A DNA stretch of 64,000 nt from positions 608,001 through 672,000 of the forward strand of contig CAVQMO010000010.1 in the NCBI GenBank assembly GCA_963713605.1, written 5' to 3'. Source of the DNA: an uncultured Nitrososphaerales archaeon. GTDB taxonomy: Archaea > Thermoproteota > Nitrososphaeria > Nitrososphaerales > Nitrososphaeraceae. The notes under the pieces are model-generated. The model made no database searches. It saw only the letters and a program-made list of their open reading frames with translations, and had not been told where the DNA came from. Shown piece by piece: positions 57,931 through 64,000 of the stretch. Position numbers and translations under genes: made by a program. Each line of letters starts with the position of its first letter. Within the stretch, counting starts at the first letter, position 1.

Positions 57931-60900
57931 GTGCATATTAGAGGGACGTCTTTACAAACATATTTGTTTCTAACAATGGCGTTGGCCGCGATAGGCCTCC
58001 AGGTCGTGCCAATAAGCCAAATTTTCGCCACATCATCAGCTGGCTCAGCATCTGCAGCGTCGGGAGGATCAGCTTCAGCAGCTGCTGCAGCTGCGGGTGA
58101 CGCGGCTTCAGCAGCTGCTTCAGCGGCAGGTGCCTCATCAGGCAGCGGCTGCATCAGCAGGCGAGGCAGCATCTGCAGCAGCCTCGTCAACAGGAGAAGG
58201 ATCAGCCGCTGCCTCAGCGGCGGGTTCTTCCGGACAACGTTCAGCCGCAGCTGCGGCAGCAGCAGCAGGATATTCAGCTGCAGCGGCTGGAGCAGCCTCG
58301 TCCAACGGTGATGCAGCCGCGGCAGCGGCAGCCGGTGCATCAGCCGCGGGCAGCGGCAGCCGGTGCATCAGCCGCGGCAGCGGCAGCAGCGGGTTCAGCC
58401 GCTGCAGCCGCGGCCGCTTCTGGCTACGAGTCGGCTGCTGCTGCCGAGCAGCAGCAGCGGCAGCTGGCAACGGTGGTTCAGCAGCTGCAACGGCGAGCAG
58501 CAGCCGGGGGAGCTGCTGCAGGTGTAGCAGCTGCCGACGGTTATTCTGCTGCGGCCGCAGCTGCAGCAGCGTCTGGTCGGTCTGGTGCTGCCGCCGCAGC
58601 AGCCGGCAGCACAGGAGCTTCATCAGCCGCTGCCGGTTGTTCAGCTGCAGCCGCAGCTGCAGCAGCTAACGGTGCGGCCGCTGCGGCCGCTGCCGCAGCT
58701 TCTTCCGGCGGTGGATCGTCTTCTGCAGCTGCCGCAGTAGCAGCGGGCCAAGCAGCAGCCTCAGCAGCAGCATCAGGTGGGTGTTCCGTATCAGCAGCTG
58801 CAGCGCAGCAAGTGCAGCATCTTCGGCAGCCGCAGGAGGTTCAGCCCGCCGCAGCCGCAGCCGCAGGAGGTTCAGCCGCCGCAGCCGCAGCTGCAGCAGC
58901 CACAGGAGGTTCAGCCCGCGCAGCCGCAGCGGCAGCAGGGGCGGCTTCGGCAGCTGCCTGCAGCTGGCGGATCATCTGCTGTTGCAGCTGCCGCAGCAGG
59001 TGGCGGCGCAGCCGGGGCGGCAGCTGCTGCAGCCGGGAGTGCAGGCAGCAGCAGCAGCATCGAGCTCAGGGCTTAGCGGCGCAGCGGGCAGCAGCAGCAG
59101 CTGGTGGGGCAGCCGCAGCGGCAGCAGGCAGCAGCTGGTCGGGCAGCCGGAGGCAGCAGCAGCCTCAGCAGGTGGCGGTGCAGCCGCAGCAGCAGCAGCG
59201 GCAGGAAGTGCAGCCGCAGCCGCAGCTAGTGGTAGTGGTGCAGCAGCCGCAGCAGCAGCAGGAAGTGCAGCAGGTGCAGCAGCAGCCGCAGCTGCAGCAG
59301 GTAGCGGCGGTGCAGCAGCAGCCGCAGCCGCGGCTGGCCAGGCGAGCAGCCGCAGCCACAGCATCAGCCGGTGGCTCTGCAGCAGCAGCAGCAGCAGCAG
59401 GTGCAGCAGCATCAGCCGGAGCAGCAGGTAGTTCAGCCGCAGCTGCAGCAGCAGGTAGTGGTGCAGCCGCAGGAGCAGCTGCAGCGGGTGGTGGTGCAGC
59501 CGGCAGCAGCCGCAGCAGCTGGTAATGCAGCTGCTGCAGCAGCATCATCAGCCGGTGAGGATGATGCAGTCAGCGAGCAGCCTCAGCAGCAGCATCCGGT
59601 GGTGGTGCAGCGGCAGGTGCAGCAGCAGGTGAGGGCAGCAGCCGCAGCAGCAGCATCCGGTGGTGATGCAGCAGCAGGTGCAGCAGCAGCCTCAGCAGCC
59701 GCAGGCAGCAGCCTCATCAACAGGCAGTGAATCAGGCAGCAGCAGCAGCAGGCAGCATCATCAGCCGGTGAAGATCCAGCAGCAGCCGGCAGCAGCAGCA
59801 GCAGGGCAGTCAGGCAGCAGCAGCAGCAGGAGCGGGTGAAGCGCGGCAGCAGGAGCAGTAGCAGCGGGTGAAGATCCAGCCGCAGCAGCTGCCCTCAGCA
59901 GCTGAAGAAAATGGAGGCTCAGCAGCCGCCGCAGCTGCCGCAGGTCAAGCGAGCAGGACAGTCAGGCAGCAGGCAGCAGCAGCAGCAGAAGGAGCTGGTC
60001 AGGATCCAGCAGAAGCCGGCAGCAGCTGCAGCAGCGGCAGGCGCATCGGAACCTGAACAGGCGCAAGAAAGCGCTGCCTGGGGCAGCTGGAGCTGCGCAG
60101 ACTCTTCAAACTCAGATCGAAGAGCCTACTGAAGAAGGAGCGCCACAGCAGCAACAACAACAATTAGCACCTCCAGAAGACGGTGTAGCACCTCCAGAAG
60201 ACGGTGTAGCACCTCCAGAAGATGATGAACAACAGCGGCAATTATTGGCCCCAGATGGTGCGCACTCCAGAAGGGGGCAGCTCCAGAGTGTGATCCTCCT
60301 GAAGTACTAAATCCAGATACAAATCAATGCGAAGCTCCTCAAGAAGCAGCTCCAGAGTGTGATCCTCCTGAAGTACTAAATCCAGATACAAATCAATGCG
60401 AAGCTCCTCAAGAAGCAGCTCCAGAGTGTGATCCTCCTGAAGTACCTAAATCCAGATACAAATCAATGCGAAGCTCCTCAAGAAGCAGCTCCAGAGTGTG
60501 ATCCTCCTGAAGTACTAAATCCAGATACAAATCAATGCGAAGCTCCTCAAGAAGCAGCTCCAGAGTGTGATCCTCCTGAAGTACTAAATCCAGATACAAA
60601 TCAATGCGAAGCTCCTCAAGAAGCAGCTCCAGAGTGTGATCCTCCTGAAGTACTAAATCCAGATACAAATCAATGCGAAGCTCCTCAAGAAGCAGCTCCA
60701 GAGTGTGATCCTCTGAGGACTAAATCCAGATACAAATCAATGCGAAGCTCCTCAAGAAGCACTCCAGAGTGTGATCCTCCTGAAGTACTAAATCCAGATA
60801 CAAATCAATGCGAAGCTCCTCAAGAAGCAGCTTCCAGAGTGTGATCCTCCTGAAGTACTAAATCCAGATACAAATCAATGCGAAGCTCCTCAAGAAGCAG

Positions 60901-61523
60901 CTCCAGAGTGTGATCCTCCTGAAGTACTAAATCCAGATACAAATCAATGCGAAGCTCCTCAAGAAGCAGCTCCAGAGTGTGATCCTCCTGAAGTACTAAA
61001 TCCAGATACAAATCAATGCGAATCTCCTCAAGAAGCAGCCTCCAGAGTGTGATCCTCCTGAAGTACTAAATCCAGATACAAATCAATGCGAAGCTCCTCA
61101 AGAAGCAGCTCCAGAGTGTGATCCTCCTGAAGTACTAAATCCAGATACAAATCAATGCGAAGCTCCTCAAGAAGCAGCTCCAGACGGTGGTGCGAGCCCC
61201 AGACGGTGGTGCAGGTCCACAGGCAGCAATTTGCAGCTCCAGAAGATACAACTCCTATCTGTACTCCTCCTGAGGTTTTGAACACTGACACCGGTGAATG
61301 CGAGGTTCCGGAACCGCCTCCAGGTGACAATGAAGCAGTAGCTCCTCAAGTAGGCGTTCCCTCCTGTCTTCCTGGCGAGGTGTTCAATCCTGCCACAGGA
61401 ATATGCGAGGTTACTCCTCCAACTGAATCAGGCGATCAACCACCTAACAATGGTGGAATACCGTCAGGACCACCAGCGAATGGAGAAACTGATGGCGATG
61501 GAGACCAGCCAGACCAAGAGTGA
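57931..61523 (+). CDS. Giant secreted low-complexity protein: signal peptide, poly-Ala/Gly-Ser blocks, acidic linker, Cys-hairpin tandem repeats; multiply frameshifted
   Basis: Signal peptide (..MALAAIGLQVVPISQIFA); GCN-codon runs 58036..60110; 69-bp repeats; single logical end GDQPDQE* at 61523. Confidence 0.75.
60283..61179 (+). repeat. 69-bp tandem repeat x13 encoding PECDPPEVLNPDTNQCEAPQEAA
   Basis: Units start at ~60283, 60352, 60421, 60491, 60560, 60629, 60698, 60764, 60834, 60903, 60972, 61042, 61111; two diverged units follow. Confidence 0.95.
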
Positions 61524-62113
61524 TCATTATACGCGAGCAAATCATATACGACCCATTTTTTTTAGAATTTCATATTATTGTCAAGAATGCGAAATATCTT
61601 TGACAACTATGGCGCCATGTCAAGCCGCCGGAGAGTACGTAATTACGAAATATTATAGGTTTACCGAAGCGACAGAATTTCGTGATAACAATATAGAACG
61701 TGGAAGTAGGTAGTGGAGTAGAGTATATAGCTTTTGCTTGAGTAATATTTTATGGAATGGCCTATCTTTCGCCTATCTTCAGGATCGTGAATGTTTTGTG
61801 GTCCCTCTCCTTGAAGTCCAGCTCTAAACACATACAATTAAAACCATACTCTTTTGAAGAATGAAATAATTTGTTATGGTGCTTGAATTGATGCGTGATT
61901 CAATATGCTTCAACCGTGTCCAAGATTGAACAACGTTACCTGTTGTTGAATTCGTGACTAAACTATTCCAATGCTAAATCGACTGCAGTGATATGAAATT
62001 GACATTTCTGCGCTATCACGGCGACAAAATCACGTACGAGAAACGCAGTCGGTGTCGTACATATTTCAAAACCACATTTCGAACTTATTTGAGGAAAATA
62101 TTACTGCTTACAT

Positions 62114-62986
62114 TCAGAAGACCGATTTAAGTGCCTTTACGAATTTGGATGAATCTGAAACCCATCCAAAGACCCCACCTTGCATCTTTATTTGCTTTAT
62201 AGCAGCCTGATAATTGTCGTAGTCAGTAGCTCCAGTACCATCTTTTAGTAACAAGCACCAGTATCCATTGTCGTTGGCTTCCCTCATTATGGTGTGTACA
62301 CACACATCGGTCGTGATTCCTGTTATGATAAGATGGGTAATACCAAGATTCCGTAAAATCAATGGCAGGTTACTCTGGCCAAATGCGCCTTTACCTGCCT
62401 TGTCTACCACATATTCTCCTGGAATTGGATAAACGTCATCTATGATGTCCCAATTTTTTTCACCCCTTATGAGTAGCCTGCCCAAACCTCCTTTAGGAGT
62501 ATCACCGATTCCTATTCCGTTTCCAATAATTTTACTGCGGAGTATTTTATTGTAAGGCGCGTCAGAGAGATCCGGAAGATGCCCTTCCCTAGTATGGACC
62601 ACCTTGATGTCTGTTCCATTTCGAATTGTCTCCAAGGCATACATAATCTGTTTTATGGGAGCCGAGGTTAACCCAAGATCATATCCCATTACATCCACGT
62701 ATCCCTTTGAACCACAAAAATCAACTTGCATATCCACGCTTATGAATGCAGTTCTAGCTGAATCAAATTCAACAAATGCTTTGTCACCAAACCGTGGACA
62801 ATCCTCAACTTCTACTGTTAAAAGTTTACCTTTAACAGGACCATAAAGCCAGGTAGGAAATTTGAATGTATGACTTACCTTAAATTCCTCGTAGTCTCTT
62901 TCAACCTTGCTCACAATTTCATCTTTAACTCTAGTTGACATACTATTTTCAGATTTTCTTGCTCTTAGAGAATTAGTCTTCCTCAT
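62114..62986 (-). CDS. biuH: Biuret hydrolase-like cysteine hydrolase (isochorismatase superfamily)
   Basis: DMQVDFCG..GYVD.MGYDL.L, HTREGH.PDL.D, RGE..WDII, DKAGKGAF, GITTDVCVHT.MREAND, KMQGGVFG. Confidence 0.8.
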   Translation of the reverse strand: MRKTNSLRARKSENSMSTRVKDEIVSKVERDYEEFKVSHTFKFPTWLYGPVKGKLLTVEVEDCPRFGDKAFVEFDSARTAFISVDMQVDFCGSKGYVDVMGYDLGLTSAPIKQIMYALETIRNGTDIKVVHTREGHLPDLSDAPYNKILRSKIIGNGIGIGDTPKGGLGRLLIRGEKNWDIIDDVYPIPGEYVVDKAGKGAFGQSNLPLILRNLGITHLIITGITTDVCVHTIMREANDNGYWCLLLKDGTGATDYDNYQAAIKQIKMQGGVFGWVSDSSKFVKALKSVF

Positions 62987-63274
62987 TAAAATTCGTCACC
63001 AAATTCAGTTACCAGCGTTTCTTTCGTCAACTTGTATAGTCAATCCTGAGAATAACGCTGTTGATGCACAGTACAAAATCCCATTAGATGAGAAGCAAGT
63101 TTGGTCACTCCAGGAGGCAATTCTAAATTTCGATACAATTGACAGGCGATATCATGTCGATTAATATAAGGATTAACTATCATTCTTTCTATTTGAAGAA
63201 AATATGATTAGAAAAAAAAACAATTTCATTTATGCAAAAATCTAACTACGACGTATTAGGGAGCCATAATCAGC

Positions 63275-64000
63275 TCATACGTTCCTATCGCTCAAGCAGG
63301 GTGCAAACATTCTTTCAGAAATTTTTGAATTACTCTCATACACGTTTGCAAGACTAAGAAGAAGACCTTCGTCGAATTCCCTTCCGACGAGCTGAACACC
63401 AACAGGAAGGATGCCGTTTACAAGTCCTGCAGGGACGTTAAGCGAGGGTAGACCTGTGACATCAAAGACAGTGGTAAGTCTACTGAGTGCTATATAGACC
63501 TCCGTATTTTTACCATTGATCTCTATCGAAGTGTCTTCCAACTTGGGAGCACTAATGGCAGTTGTTGGGTACTAACAGGCCATCCAGTCCCCTCATGGCT
63601 CTCAAAAAGTCGTCCTTTAGCTCCTTCTTGTAGCGAAGTGCAGTTATATATTCAACAGCAGTAATTTTGGTCCCTCTTTCAAGCATGGCCAACACATCAC
63701 TTCCGTACTCATTGCGCCTAGAATTCAGCCATGTAGAATGAACCGCTGCCTGATTCACCTAATCGGAACGCCTTCCAAGCGTCAGAAATCTTGTGTGTCT
63801 CATTTAAGGAAACTGGGACCGTTGAGATCCCACATCCGTGCATCTCATCCAAACAGTCTTCAAAAATTTCCATAACGCTTGAATCGATTAGATCAAAAAA
63901 GTACTGTTCGGGTACACCCAAAGTAAATTTTCTAGACTTGTTCAAGGTCTCGGATACAATTTGAAGGTAATTAGGAACGGGCAAGTCCAGTGTTGATTCA
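63275..64000 (-). CDS. Amidase-signature family enzyme, C-terminal part (5' end outside window); frameshifted
   Basis: LGVP..YFFD, L.RG..I.A.EY..A, D.LLVPT, T..FD.TGLPSLNVPAG, LPVGVQLVG..FDE..LL. Confidence 0.85.

Noticed and set aside
57879..60132. Poly-Gln, poly-Ser/Arg and Cys-rich ORFs on both strands
   Set aside because: Shadow frames of GCN alanine codons; third-position variation fits the Ala frame
60283..61179. CRISPR array or non-coding repeat
   Set aside because: The 69-bp unit is a multiple of 3, has no spacers, and encodes a coherent Cys-containing peptide continuing into diverged units
1..64000. Widespread frameshifts as real pseudogenisation or programmed frameshifting
   Set aside because: They hit essential genes (thrS, trpB, trpA, metH, nadK) at scattered positions with otherwise intact motifs, which is typical of long-read indel errors

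Overview
Archaeal chromosomal segment, almost certainly from a soil ammonia-oxidising thaumarchaeon (Nitrososphaeraceae-like). The evidence is rps26e, Cdc6/Orc1, archaeal-type ThrRS, split MetH, AOA-type NirK and several lineage-typical hypothetical families. Many genes, including essential ones (thrS, trpB, trpA, metH, NAD kinase), carry single-base frameshifts, which points to uncorrected long-read errors rather than real pseudogenes. Housekeeping blocks (thrS; pgsA-like/rps26e/NADK/pyrG; cdc6; trpBA; metH; tRNA-Arg; nirK; mpgP) alternate with accessory blocks. Six items stand out. (1) An acyl-carrier-protein system unusual for archaea (FkbH, ACP, MaoC dehydratase, AcpS) lies beside two near-identical left-handed-beta-helix acyltransferase-like genes, a PIG-L deacetylase and a thioesterase, downstream of tRNA-Arg with integrase debris. 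(2) A roughly 1,200-codon secreted silk-like poly-Ala/Gly-Ser protein ends in 13 tandem Cys-hairpin repeats. (3) A biuret-hydrolase-like gene sits next to an amidase. (4) There is an ATP-grasp/PHP/BshC-like/NDP-sugar dehydrogenase cluster. (5) There is a viral terminase remnant. (6) There is a large discoidin/Ig-like surface protein. All calls come from reading motifs by eye; no database searches were run.
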